From the human T2T-CHM13v2.0 reference genome, Homo sapiens: a stretch of 64,000 bases of DNA. The translations under genes and the position numbers were made by a program. Positions 1-15,802 of the stretch are shown piece after piece; position 1 is the stretch's first letter, and each line of letters starts with the position of its first letter. The stretch lies in the NCBI RefSeq assembly GCF_009914755.1, contig NC_060935.1, one strand, 5' to 3'. A model generated the notes under the pieces. That model was not told where the DNA came from, ran no database searches, and saw only the letters and a list, made by a program, of their open reading frames with translations.

Positions 1-1199
1 CACCAAATAAGTAACACAATGGGAACTATAATAATCTAGAATTAATAGCTCATACAAATACATGGCATGTCTTCTGTAAGTCTTCCAACTGTCATTAAAC
101 ATCAGCTAATATCCATACATTGCTATAAGGCAAATGGGTAGAAATATTTAAGGTTTCCGTTTGAGAGAATAGAGAAGTAACATGTGTGGTAGGGCATTAA
201 AATGTCTCAAAGACAGTATTGAGACTGAAGTTAAAAGCCCCTTTTGTTCATGATTATTTTTAAGGAAATTTAAACACAAAGCCCATTTTAAACCATCTCA
301 TATTGGCCACAAAGAGAAGCTGGGGTGTCCATTCCTCGTTTGTACCTTGTAATTCTGTACCTTGTAATTCTTTAACTGGTGACCATATGTCAGGATGTGC
401 ATGTGTTTTATGCAGCCAGATGGGTGAGACATAAAGACCGTAATCAGTTCCCTCCCATAACAATACCCTATTTTTTTTTACCGTCCAACAATCACGGATT
501 AATTATGAGCCTCGTCTCCCCAACAGGTGGTGCCTGTGATCCCATGACCATATCAGATCCATCTTCGAAATCAAGCAGGTAAATGGTCTATCCAGAATTT
601 CTAGTATAAGTGTTCATCAGCTGTATATGCAAGCAGGTAGGGCAGGTGCGGTCATTAATTTACCAGACTGTTCTTTGACTTGGTATTTCAGTGTCTGGCG
701 TCTGTTGACAGAGTTGACAAGGCAGTTCTAAGCAGCCCCATTATGGATGTCAACTTAAATCAGGCCATACTAGGTCTAACATTCAAAGATTTGCCTAACC
801 ATTTCCAAGTGGGACACTGACATGATCCCTTCTCTCCTCACTACCTTCTTGCAGGCACCTGGCACTCACCAGTTTCCCTGGTGGCTTATGTCGGGGATGC
901 ATAAAATAGTTCCAATTTCAAACATTCTCTTGGTCAATCACACAAACTACCAGAGCCATTGAAGCACGTACCTTTCAGCCTGTCTCTTGTATCTCTAAAT
1001 GGCACAAAAATTCTTTTTCAAACTATGTGTTCTAAGATTCAGAATATAAAGTCACCATAGTTTAAGGCCCACAGACTAGAAATAGTTGAGGTTAGATGTA
1101 AAAGGAAAGCAAGTTATTTTTCAGCCATGACACTGCTGAAAAGTCATGTAGGATGCTGCACAACCAAGGAAAAGCTCATATGCAATGGCTTAACTTATG

Positions 1200-1400
1200 A
1201 GCTAAACTAACTGCATTCTTCATGGAAAACGACTTTTACCTGAAGGACTGACAGTCATTCGGACCTCTGTATTTGACACACATTTTCTTGAAAATGAATT
1301 AAGTGAGCCTCTCACTTCAAGGAAAACAAATGACTTATTTATTTGTCAATATCAAAAGTTGATCTGTCAAGAATTAGAATTTTGGAAAGCTTTCATCAAC
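1200..1400 (+). mobile_element. Charlie1-family hAT DNA transposon fragment (degenerate transposase segment)
   Basis: ttttcttgaaaatgaattaagtgagcctctcacttcaaggaaaacaa...aattagaattttggaaa resembles the Charlie1 LxDIFxKMNEVSLSLQGK...KLEFWK region. Confidence 0.65.
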
Positions 1401-1424
1401 AGCTATGTGACTTATACAAATATG

Positions 1425-1760
1425 ATAGATGAACATTGGGACCTATGAGTTTGAATGAGATCCCCAAGCAGATAGAAAAGAAGAGGGTTGTGAAAGCGTC
1501 CTAGAGGATGGAGAGGGAAAAGAAAAAGCAGAAAGAGATTAAAGATGAGCAGTCAGGGAAGTAGAAGAAGAACCAAAATAGAGTCATGGAAGGCAAGAGA
1601 GGAAAGAAATCAATAACACCAAAGGCTGCAGAGAGCAACCACCATTTGTCTACACAGAGGACTTGGCCAACAGAGCCTGAAAGGCAGTAAATGCTGGGTT
1701 CTGTTTTTGAGAAATGCTGAGACATCTGGCTGGTAGGCCCAAAAGGGATGTGAGACGGTG
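1425..1760 (-). mobile_element. L2 fragment
   Basis: purine-rich gcagaaagagattaaagatgagcagtcagggaagtagaagaagaacca...gtcatggaaggcaag, typical antisense L2 ORF2. Confidence 0.55.
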
Positions 1761-2959
1761 GCCTGTTGAAGAAGCAGGAGCATGGGAGACCCAGCTTGCT
1801 TGTTGGTCTTTGTGGATGATAGCTCAGGCAAGATCCAGAACTGAGATCAGACTTCAGATCTTCTTGTTTCCGGCCCAGGACTCGATTCTTATTGCGTTTC
1901 AGAGCTGTGTCTCTTGCTTCTAATATTTGAAACAGATGTTGTGAAATCTATAATTTCCAGCTTTGAAATGAATTAATATGTTAACCTCCTACTTCTCAGA
2001 TGCATTCTGAAGAAATAGTACTAAGTGTGACACAAGGTTAGAACATCAAAATATGTAATCCAACTAACCTGGACCTGCTTCTGCTCTAAGGTTCCTCCAG
2101 CAAGGGGTCACAAATATTAATAAAATGTAACTCTGACTCCCAAAAGCCTTTGTGACTAAGTACTTAGGTTCTCACTGAAAACCTCTACTGAGTTCTCTTG
2201 AAAGGGTCCCAAGGAAAGGTTTCACAGGCGCTTCTCAAACCATTGGTGCTGAAGGAGCAGGATTTCGAAATCTCCAATCCATCACGGACTGATGCTTTTG
2301 TAAAATGCAATCAAAGTGGATAATTTGAAAAAAACTAAATGAATATATAATACAAGTCCAATATTTATGGCTAGATCCAACAAATATAAAATTAAATTTC
2401 AATAAATATTATCAGAACTAGTGTAACATAGGAGATTTTAAAATTGCAGAAACTATACACTTTGAAATTGTGCATATGTGAGTAATAAAGAAAATCATTA
2501 TTACATTTGTAACTTTTGTTGTTCTGTGATTATAACTAAACACTTATGAGTAAAATAGAAATTACCCATAATAAACTCCTATACTCACACTTTGAATAAA
2601 CAATATAACAGTTTAAATATTTGACATTTTTAACACAGAAAAATGAGCTTGTTGCTTCCTTATTAACATATTTAATCTAGGTTAGAGTGATGAAATATAC
2701 TTACAGAGGATAATGTATATCTAAATTATTTCTACATTTTGACTCAATATTATTCATATAGAGAAATCAGTCTCCCAGAGGCCTGTTGACAGGATGGAAG
2801 AAGAGATTTAAAGCAATTTCAGGAAGCACAGGATATTCATTTTTAACCTTTACACAAAATGAAGCAAATGATGCTGTATTTCAAAATTCATCTTCAATCC
2901 TTCAACAGTTGCCAGTTTTAACATATCCTGTAGAGTTTATTAAATTTAAATTATCTTTT

Positions 2960-3106
2960 CTTTTTTAGAGACAGGGTTTAGCACTGTAGCCTAGGGGAGT
3001 GCAATGGCACCACTACAGCTCACTCCAGCCTCAAACTCCTGCCTCAAGGGATCCTCCTGCCTCAGCCTCACAAGTCCCTGGGATTACAAGCCACCATGCT
3101 TGGCTC
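2960..3106 (-). mobile_element. Free Alu monomer (FAM/FRAM-like)
   Basis: single Alu arm; perfect 13-bp TSD taaattatctttt at 2947-2959 and 3107-3119. Confidence 0.85.
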
Positions 3107-3975
3107 TAAATTATCTTTTGATAAAAGAAATGGATTATTTATATTGGGTCTTCACTCAGTGGAAAATAAAATTTCAAAACATACTTTCAAATTTGAGAAG
3201 TATTCAGAGATAACTTTTCACAGACACACAGTAACAAGATCATCACTTCATTAATAATTGTTGTTACATTATAGAACGTGTCCTAACAATCTATAGAAAC
3301 TCAGTTCTTCCAAGTTTCTAACTTTTTTATTCCCTTAGATCTTCTCTGCCATTGGAAAAAATGCTGCATTCCCACTTTGCATAGAGTGTTATGATCATTA
3401 AAATTATCAAAATATCAGACAAATAAGCAAATCTGGTTATCCAATTAACATCTTTTAATAGTTGACCAAAATGGCTTCTTCTCTTGCAGAAACACGCAGT
3501 GTTCATTCCATAGTCAAATATGCTTGATAGAGTTTTTCTTCTCAAAAATAATTGAGCTCTGCATGCAGCAACAGTCATTTATAATCAGCTTCCATATTAT
3601 TACGTAACAAAAAGAACAATAAATTTAAAATATTAGCTTTTACATGATTCACAATTTTTACTCTATAACTTAATGGAATGTTTAATTCAGCTTGCTTTTT
3701 TAACAGCAAAACTTTGTCAATGAAGGAAGCCAGGCATTGATTTACATTCTGGCACAAACTTCTTAATCTGAGTAACTATGCCATAATGCCATTACAAGGA
3801 ACATACACCTACCCAACACTTAAACTCTAAATCACATTTGTTTATAATGGGATTCTTTGTAACTATAGAAAGTTCAGGGCTAATTGAGTTCGTTGAAAGC
3901 AAAAAAAAAAAAAAAAAAAGAAAAAAGAATTATTTTTTCATATCACCGTCATGTTCTTCATAACACACCACTATA

Positions 3976-4293
3976 GTCCAGGCGCAGTGGCTCAGACCTG
4001 TAATCCCAGCACTTTGGGAGGCCGAGGCAAGTGGATCACCTGAGGTCAGGAGTTCAACACCAGCTTGGCCAACATGGCGAAACCCTGTCTCTACTAAAAA
4101 TACAAAAAATTAGCTGGCCGTGGTAGCAGGCACTTACAATTCCAGCTACTTGGGAGGCTGAGGCAGAGAATCGCTTGAGGCTGAGAGGCGCAGATTGTAG
4201 TCAACTGAGATCATGCTGGTTCACTCCAGCCTGGGCAACAGAGCAAGACTCTGTCTCGAAAAAAAAAATTAATTAATCAAATAAAATAAATAA
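3976..4293 (+). mobile_element. AluS (Sx/Sz-like)
   Basis: dimeric Alu with A-rich tail; TSD acaccactata/acaccagtata. Confidence 0.95.
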
Positions 4294-4428
4294 AACACCA
4301 GTATAAATACTAAAATAAATTGACCATGTTAGTAATATCTGTGGACTTGTGAAATTTCAGTGAAGTAAACATTACAAGTTTTTTGTGTTCTATGAGTTGG
4401 TTTTTCTTATTAATAGTCATTTTTTTAA

Positions 4429-4752
<324 letters not shown>

Positions 4753-4962
4753 AATGGTGTCATTTTAAAACAGCATTTGAAGCTTATATTTTGCCACAGA
4801 TTCGCCCAACATTTATAAGCCAACATCTTTGGCTTATAATGGAGATTCCATTGCTCCAACATAATGGAGATTCCATTGCTGGAATCTCCCAGCAATGTCT
4901 CAGCAACTGTAAGGGTCTTAGACTTAGCAACCTGAGGTGCTACTTTATAAGACGCCTGTAAA

Positions 4963-5836
4963 CCCCATCAAAAAGTGAGCAAAGGATATGAACAGACACT
5001 TTTCAAAAGAAGACATTTATGAAGCCAACAAACACATGAAAAAATGCTCATCATCACTGGTCATCAGAGAAATGCAAATCAAAACCACAATGAGATACCA
5101 TCTCACACCAGTTAGAACGGTGATCATTAAAAAGTCAGGAAACAACAGGTGCTGGAGAGGATGTGGAGAAATAGGAACGCTTTTACACTGTTGATGGGAG
5201 TGTAAACTAGTTCAACCGAGTGGAAGACAGTATGGTGATTCCTCAAGAATCTAGAACTAGAAATACCATTTGACCCAGCCATCCCATTAGTGGGTATATA
5301 CCCAAAGGATTATAAATCATTCTGCTATAAAGACTCGTGCACACATATGTTTATTGCAGCACTGTTCACAATAGCAAAGACTTGGAACCAATCCAAATGT
5401 CCATCAATGATAGACTGGATTAAGAAAATGTGGCACATATACACCATGGAATACTATGCAGCCATAAAAAACGGATGAGTTCATGTCCTTTGTAGGGACA
5501 TGGATGAAGCTGGAAACCATCATTCTGAACAAACTATCGCAATGACAGAAAACCAAACACATGTTCTCACTCATAGGTGGGTATTGAACAATGAGAACAC
5601 ATGGACACAGGGCGGGGATCATCACACACTGGGGCCTGTCGTGGGGTGGGGGAATGCGGGAGGGATAGCATTAGGAGAAGTGCCTAATATAAATGACGAA
5701 TTAAAGGGGGAAGTAAACCAACATGGCACATGTATACATAAGTAACAAACCTGCACGTTGTGTACAGGTACCCTAGAACTTAAAATATAATAAAAATATT
5801 TAAAAAAAGAAAAAAAATAAATAAATAAAAGAAAAA
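4963..5836 (+). mobile_element. 5'-truncated L1PA (PA7/PA8-like), ORF2 C-terminus + 3'UTR + poly-A
   Basis: [40 protein letters not shown]; L1PA 3'UTR; degenerate TSD aagacgcctgtaaa (4949-4962) / aatatgcctgcaaa (5837-5850). Confidence 0.95.
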
Positions 5837-6555
5837 AATATGCCTGCAAAGTACTATTGATTATATGTGAAATATTGAACATCTGCTTCTGTTAGCTTTT
5901 TAATCATTACATTTTAATTTCAATATTCTTTCAAATAAATCTTTTTTGATTTTATATGTAAGTCCCACTTAAGTTTTGGTGGATTTATTGCTTCATTACA
6001 TGGTACATTTCTATAAACGAAAACACCACGTTTTTAAGCACTTCCTCATCAATTCAGGCTACAAACCTGTACTCAGCATATGACGTATCATATTTCCAAG
6101 TAAAAGTAGTCTGAATGTGTTTGATCTTCAGTTTTTCAGAATCACTCTCATTATTACCATTTGGTTTATTACTGCCACATTCAGAAAAGTTGTATCATTT
6201 CATGATGAAATGGTCCAGTAGAGCTTGTTTCGCCATCTGTGAATTAAAGTTAACAATAAATAGAACAACTTTTACTTCGTAATTTAAGTAAAATTTTAAG
6301 TTTTAAAACAGCCTTGATTAAAAATTAAAATAGTCATACAACTATTTTTACAATCTTACATTTTTCTCAGGTTTTTATAAACTTTTGGATTACAGTTGTT
6401 AGACCTTAAAATATCATGTTATTAATGTGGTCCTATTGCACTAGTTGTGTGATTTCTCACATTCCCTGTTGTACAAGTCCACGGACGTGTATTATGCACT
6501 TGGGTTTGCAGCAATGCCAAAGAGCTATAAAAGTTTCTAAATGCTGACTGACAAA

Positions 6556-6842
<287 letters not shown>

Positions 6843-7145
6843 AACAATTTTTTCACTTAGCATATCACAGACAGATAAATAATTCATCATCCCACATGTG
6901 TAGCAGTGGCTTATACATCAAAACTTCGTTAAAATCCTCTTTAATCATCTCTCTCTCTCTTCCAAAAGTGCAACTCTCTCATCTTCTCTATCCCATAACC
7001 TATTCCTCTGATATGTGTTCCCTCTGGGCAAACCCAACTACCTTCTTAGTAAACAATTCTTTTACCTTCAGCCATTCATAACGTCTTCTACTCCCCCCAA
7101 GTCAGCAGAGCAAAAATCTCTTCCCCTGGACTTGCTGTTCTTAGA

Positions 7146-7147
<2 letters not shown>

Positions 7148-7178
<31 letters not shown>

Positions 7179-7202
7179 CGCGTGCGTGCGTGTGTGTGTG
7201 TT
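7148..7202. repeat. (TA)n-(TG)n compound microsatellite
   Basis: tatatatatgtgtgtg...gcgcgtgcgtgcgtgtgtg. Confidence 0.95.
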
Positions 7203-7689
7203 GTGGGAGGGAGGTGGTTGATCACATGGTTTGAAGACTGCAATACAATTGTAAATACAAATATTTATAATTTAGTGTTTTGTTCTTGTAACAACAGTAT
7301 ATGATAGAGCAAAATTGAAAACTAACTGAGAACGCACTGGAAAATCGGTAAATAAGAATATAACTTGCAGGAACAGTATTCAGGTATTAAAATAAATTAA
7401 AAGTACCTGGTAACAACTACAGTGATTGCCTTTGAGTGGGGATCCTTCTACTCTGCCTACATATTTATTTTTTTGAAAATAATAAGTACATAGTTCTTTT
7501 ATATTTTTAAAAGTATTTTTAAATATAAGATTACTTAAAAGAACATAATTCAATACACATTTTTCAGTGTTTGCCATGTTCTATGGTCTCTGCCAAGGAA
7601 ATCATAGACTAACAAAACTGTATCACTTACATTTTGTAAAGGATGATACCAATGATTTTCAAAAAGCCCATTATAGAAGTTAAGAAAAA

Positions 7690-7945
7690 CATTGTCAGGA
7701 TTCAAATAGAAAAATGAGCCAAAGATATAATCATAAATTCATTTAAAAAATAAAAATGTTGAAGTCCACAGGTAGGAAATCTTCAGTAAGCAAAAAATTC
7801 TAGCTAAAGCAACTTAGACATACCGTTTTTTATCTCTAAATTATTGAAAATGTCAAGCAGTGATAAATAACACTTAATGCTGTGGAGATTCAGTGAGGCT
7901 GGTTCCCCCAAAGACTGCAGGTGGCAGTGTAAACTAGAACAAATG
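7690..7945 (+). mobile_element. Old L1M fragment (ORF2 3' region)
   Basis: aaatagaaaaatgagccaaagatat...ctgcaggtggcagtgtaaactag resembles diverged L1 3' ORF2. Confidence 0.5.
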
Positions 7946-8574
7946 TTTACATTTCAGGACGTCTTCAGAGTTCCACAAATATTTATTGAATGTCCATTCA
8001 TTCTTTCGTGGTGGAATGGAATTCACACTCAGCCCAATCCACCATTAATTTAGAGGTAACCTGATTGCCAGTTAGCTGCAAGTTGATTTTCTGTATTCCG
8101 TAATGCTTCTAGTCATACACTTCATACTGTTTTGAAATGATGCAATTTGAAATGATGTCAGGAAAATTCAGCATCTTTCATTTCCTCTACTTATCAGCAA
8201 ATCTATGACAGGTATAGAGGTGGTCAGAAACCTGCCAAAAATGCTCCACCATTATCTGGGGGACCAGGCATGTACATGGTGATGAAAGTTGTCAATTAAA
8301 CATTGCCCAATATCCTTCTCTGGAATTCTTGCCTAACAGGAAACCCCCAGTTTCTGCAAAGAAATTAAAAGTAGCGATAGAGGCATCTTTCAGCCAAAAC
8401 ATTTAAGAAAGTCATTTATGGAATTCTCACTACCCTCTTGGAAGTCAAAATGAAAGACGATGTATTTTATACATAACTTTGTAAAGTCTGCCCTCTATCA
8501 TTCCTCATAGTAAATGCAGCCAGTATCCACAGATTTATTCTGTTTCAGATGAGATGAGATCCTAAATATTTTTA

Positions 8575-8815
8575 TCTACAATTTACTGAGCACCTTCAAT
8601 ATGCCAGGCAACTAGTAGATGTATAAATGTTTGATCCCAGGTTGACACTTACTACAGCTCCACAAGGCAATAAAGTGCCCTTATTCCTATTTCACATCTA
8701 AGGACACATGCTCAGGGAGGCTAAGTAACTATGTCGAGGACACACAGCTGATAAGTCAAAGCTCCTGGATTGTAACCTGGTCTGTCCAGTGATAAAGCTC
8801 ATATAGTCTTTATTC
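8575..8815 (-). mobile_element. MIR
   Basis: atttactgagcacc..atgccaggca...gctcagggaggctaagtaact..cacacagct. Confidence 0.75.
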
Positions 8816-10181
8816 CATGTCACATTGGCTCCAATTTGCTTCTATTCTGACACTTTAAAATGTAGATATAGCCATATATTTATTGACACTCATTATCATT
8901 TCAGAAAGCCACAGAGACACCTAGTCAAACATAAAGTTTGTCAGAACACATATGAAAGAAAAGACAACCATTCAAATGCTAACTCAAGGAAGCCTTCAGA
9001 CTTTGTAAACGTGCTTTTTGTTGCATATAATTCTTCCTAGTTAAATGGGCTTTCAGGCCACAGCAGCTCAGTGATCTCGGTAAGATGCATCTCCAAGCTG
9101 TGCCATTTCTGGATATCGTCTGGCTTCATGGGGTATGAATGTTTAAACACTGGCTACTGGTATTGCCGTACGAACTCAGCAGAGCTCTGTTGAAATCTTC
9201 AGCTGAACCACTTAAACCAAGTAAACAACTCACCTCCAGGCAGTGTGTTCCCAGCACCTATCAGATTGTCAGAGAACTGGAAGGAGTCTGACAGAACAAT
9301 TTCCAGGGTCATTGGTCTACATATGAGGCAGGGGTCTAATCGTTTGACTGATGTGCTCATGCTACTGGGTAACCAGTGGGTTCCCTACATGAGTCACTTC
9401 CAAACACCCTCGGCTGCCAAAGGAGAGCAGGTTTAGTCTCCTCAAAATGGAAGACGTGAAAGAAGGGCAAGGGCAGCTTCTACAAGATTCAGGAATGCTG
9501 AGGTTCCCACGTGGCGTCAGTTCAAATGGCAGGGGCGTGGGTTATATGTGTCTTTCTTCACCTAGTAAATGAAGACATTTTCTCATCTTGGGGATTTGGT
9601 TGCTATGTATTTGAAACATTTCACCATAGAAACAATGTTAGGTCCAGCCAACCCATAAAATTCATTCATCATTGAATGCCATTCTTCACTCATGTATCTA
9701 AACAATCGTGTTGTGATGATGGAAGTAAATGTAAAAACATTTCTGGGGAAATCCCACTCCAGATTTCAACCTAGACCTTAGGAGCATATAGTCCTTCTTG
9801 TGGTGAAACCAGGAGATTCTTTTGTGTCATAGGTTCCTCCTCCACCCCCCAACCCCTTCACTCACACACATCTGCTGGGCAGGGACAGCAGGACTTCTCC
9901 AGCTCCAAGCCACTGCTGGAGCTCCCTTGGCCTGGGGTGGAGGCAGCAGTATGGGAGCAGGAGGGTGGGGAGTAGGGAACAGGTGGGCGATTGAGAACAG
10001 GCACTGAGGACTCATGGGCCAGGCCTTTTGACAGTATGACCCTCAATAGAGCAAATTCTCTGTCTAGGTCACTATCTGATCCCTCTCTTGCTTTTCTACC
10101 TCTGGTTTTAAATCTGGCCCAGTCTCCAGGCCCAGCCAAACCTAGTAAGCAAGAAGGCAATAGGTTGGGTTGTTTAGGGTC

Positions 10182-10613
10182 TGTGATGGTTAATACTGAG
10201 TGTCAACTTGATTGGATTGATGAATACAAAGTACTGATCCTGGGTGTGTCTGTGAGGGCTTTGCCAAAGGAGATTAACATTTGAGTCAGTGGGCTGGGAA
10301 AGGCAGAACCACCCTTAATCTGGTTAGGCACAATCTAATCAGCTGCCAGAGTGGCTAGAATATAAGCAAGCAGAAAAATGTGAAAAGAGAGACTGGCCTA
10401 GCCTCCCAGCCTACAACTTCCTCCTGTGCTGGATGCTTCCTGCCCTCAAACATCAGACTCCAAGTTCTTCAGTTTGGTGACTCAAACCGGCTTTCATTGC
10501 TCCTCAGCCTATAGACAGCCTATTGTGGGACCTTGTGATCATGTGAGTAAAAACTTAATAAACATGTATATATTCCATTAGTTCTGTCCCTCTAGAGAAC
10601 CCTGACTAGTATG
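10182..10613 (+). mobile_element. MLT2A (MLT2A2/A1, HERV-L) solo LTR
   Basis: starts tgtgatggttaatactgagtgtcaacttgattggattga; ends ctctagagaaccctgacta; AATAAA at ~10557. Confidence 0.9.
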
Positions 10614-11065
10614 GGAAAGAACAGATGTTATGCTCATCCGACAGGTTAAATAAACAGTGATTAGGAAAGGAATTATTTATAAGGGTTAATGGAAACCAGA
10701 AGGCATGGTGACACACCTGGGGCTCACAAGGAAAAGAAGCCATTACCACCCTTAGGCCTGAAGGAACACAAGAAGGGAGAGGTTACCAGAACCCAAGGAG
10801 AATAGCTGCAAGAGAGGGAGGTTGGAATGGAGCTGTGGCCATCAGTCAAAGGAGACAGCACACACATTACCTGGTGAAGGAGATTCAGGAAAACAAACAA
10901 CCTGCCCCTATTCTCTTCCTCCTGGCCTCTGATTTCATGTCTGTGCCTTCCATTGGCCAAACCTAACCAGAAGGCAGAGGGCAAAGGAGTCATTTGATAC
11001 AGTCCTCAAAGAGTGCAGAGCAGGTGGAGATGGGTTTAAAGCAGATCCGCAGGGCCATGTGAAAA
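10614..11065 (-). mobile_element. Older ERVL LTR (LTR33-like) into which MLT2A appears inserted
   Basis: ccattggccaaacctaaccagaaggcagagggcaaaggag...gcagagcaggtggagatgg. Confidence 0.55.
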
Positions 11066-11363
11066 ATTTATTAGAGGATAGGAGGGAAGTCCTGCATAAT
11101 AAGATATGGAGAAACAAATACAATATGTATTTATTTCAGGAAGACATATCCCAAAAGAAAAGAGACAAGAAGCATAGAAAGTTGCTGGGCTGCACATGAC
11201 CTGTCCTTCTCCCTAACTTATCAGCCAGAAAATCTACTCCCTCTCTTTGCTGAAGGAGGAATAAATGAGCGGGACTGAGAAAGCCAGGTATGCTACTCTA
11301 GTAGATATTCTTCCCATGCAGAAACATGAACAAAGAGAAAGAATGTTCTTCTCCAAGACCCAC

Positions 11364-11701
11364 TGATATGGTTTGGATGTTTGTGTCCTCCAAATCTCAT
11401 GTTGAAATGTATTCTCCAACGTTGGAGGTGGGACCTGGTGTTCACATGAGACCTGGTTGTTTAGAGGAGTGTAAACTTCCCCCTTTCTCTCTCTCATGCC
11501 TGTTCTTGCCATGTGACATGCCTGCTACTGCTTTGCCTTCCACCACGATTGTAAGCTCCTGAAGACCTCACAAAAGCCAAGCAGATGCTGGCACCATGCT
11601 TTCTGTACAGCTTGCAGAACCATGAACGAATTAAACCTCTTTTCTTTATAAGTAACCCAGTCTCAGGTATTCCTTTACAGTAACACAAATGGACTAACAC
11701 A
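11364..11701 (+). mobile_element. MaLR MST (MSTB/MSTA1-like) 5' LTR with ~80-bp internal deletion
   Basis: tgatatggtttggatgtttgt...acccagtctcaggtattcctttacagtaacacaaatggactaacaca. Confidence 0.9.
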
Positions 11702-12166
11702 GAAAATTGGTTCTGAGGAGTAGGGCGTTACTATAAAGATAACTGAAAATGTGGAAGTAGCTTTGGAACTGGGTAACAGGCAGAGGTTAGAAGACTTTGG
11801 AGGGCTTAGAAGAAAACAGAAGATGAGGGAAAGTTTGGAACTTCTTAGAGACTGGTTAAATGGTTGTGGCCAAAATGCTGATAGAGATATGGACAGTGAA
11901 GTCCAGGCTGACAAGGTCTCAGATGGAAATGAGGAATTTATTGGGAGCTGGAGTAAATATTGCCGATGTTACATCATAGCAAAGAACTTGGCTGCATTAT
12001 GTTCATGTCCTAGGGATCTGTGGAAGTTTGAACTTAAGATGATTTCGGGTATCTAGTGGAAGAAATTTCTAAGCAGTGAAGTGTTCAAAATGTGACCTGG
12101 CTGCTTCTAACAACCCATGATGAGATGTAGGAGCAAGACAATGACCTAAAGTTGGAACATATTTAA
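11702..12166 (+). mobile_element. MST internal region, 5' part, ending at the left inversion breakpoint
   Basis: MaLR-int ORF remnant MEVALELGNRQRLEDFGG..MRESLELLRDWLNGCGQNADRDMDSEVQA; stops abruptly at ggaacatatttaa. Confidence 0.9.
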
Positions 12167-14587
<2,421 letters not shown>

Positions 14588-14589
14588 AA

Positions 14590-14733
14590 CCTGGGGAGAT
14601 TAAAGTTTTAAAAAATATTTGGGCCCCATGCCCATATATTGTGACTTAATTGGTCTGGAGTGGAGCCCAAGCATTGGTATTTTTAAAAGGCTCCCCAGTG
14701 ATTCTAATGTGCAAACAAGATTGAGAACCACTG
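14590..14733 (+). mobile_element. MER5-type hAT MITE
   Basis: ttaattggtctggagtggagcccaagcattggtattttt..ctccccagtgattctaatgtgca..ttgagaaccactg. Confidence 0.8.
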
Positions 14734-14744
14734 GTCCAAAAAAA

Positions 14745-15070
14745 ATTACAAACTGATGGCCATGACCAAATATCTTCTCGGACAGAGGAATGTTAGATCT
14801 ACAGAGTGTTAAAAAAATTTAAAAACTATTTTCCAACATTTAAAAGTTGGAAGATTTTACAAAAAATCTAGATGGCTTGTTTCTCTTATACACTATAACT
14901 AGAAGCTTCGGGAACATTGGCTCCAGTTTCTCATAAAGAGCTGTGCTGAATAGTAGCTTTTTCCCTTAGACACAGCATGCAGTTTCCAGTTTGCCACATC
15001 CTCACAAATCCCTTTTGTCTTATTCCTTATTTGCTTCACTCATTTACATTACTGGCCTGGTCTTGTGGTG
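14745..15070 (+). mobile_element. MER102-like hAT element
   Basis: ccagtttgccaca...tgcttcactcatttacattactggcctgg. Confidence 0.6.
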
Positions 15071-15089
15071 AAGGGCTAGAACTTAATCA

Positions 15090-15293
15090 TTGTTCTGTAT
15101 CCTTTACCTGATTTATTTTTCTTTGTAGCATTTATAACTAGCTGACATTATATTATAAATGTGTCTGTTTATGTTCTCTATAGAATGTTCTATGAAGGCA
15201 GGGACTTTGTTTTGTTCACTGTTGAGTCCCCAGCATTTAGAACATCTCCTGGCACATAATAGACTTGCAAGCAATGTGTGTTAAATAAAGAAT
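15090..15293 (+). mobile_element. L2a 3' end
   Basis: atgaaggcagggactttgttttgttcactg..cctggcacataatag..ttaaataaagaat. Confidence 0.8.
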
Positions 15294-15375
15294 CACACAA
15301 ATGTGAGGTTTTGGTCCTTGGTCTAGGGATGGAAGCATAAACACTATGATGGGAAACTGGCTTTCTTGAAGTGGA

Positions 15376-15802
15376 TGTGTTAATCTATTTGTGTTGCTTT
15401 AAAAGAATACCTGAGACTGAGTAATTTACAAAGGAAAGAGGTTTACTTGGCTCACTGTGCTCCCTGCTGTGAAGGAAGCATGGCACCAGCATCCATTCAG
15501 CTTCTGGTGAGGCCTCAGAGAGCTTACAGTCATGGTGGAAGACAAAACAAGAGTAGGCATGTCATATGGCAAGAGAGGGAGCAAGGGAGAAAGAGGAGAA
15601 GGTGCCACACTTTTTTAAACAACCAGATCACATGTGAACTCAGAGTGAGAGCTCACTTGCTACTGTGAGGAGGACACCAAGACATTCATGAGGGATCCAC
15701 CCCCCCCATGACAAAAACAACTCCCACCAGGCCCCCACCTCCAACGTTGGAGATCACATTTCGACATGAGATTTGAAGAGGACAAACATCCAAACTGTAT
15801 CA
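15376..15802 (-). mobile_element. MST 3' LTR (inverted partner of the 11364 LTR)
   Basis: reverse complement starts tgatacagtttggatgtttgtcctcttcaaatctcatg and shares ccaacgttggag with the 5' LTR. Confidence 0.9.
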
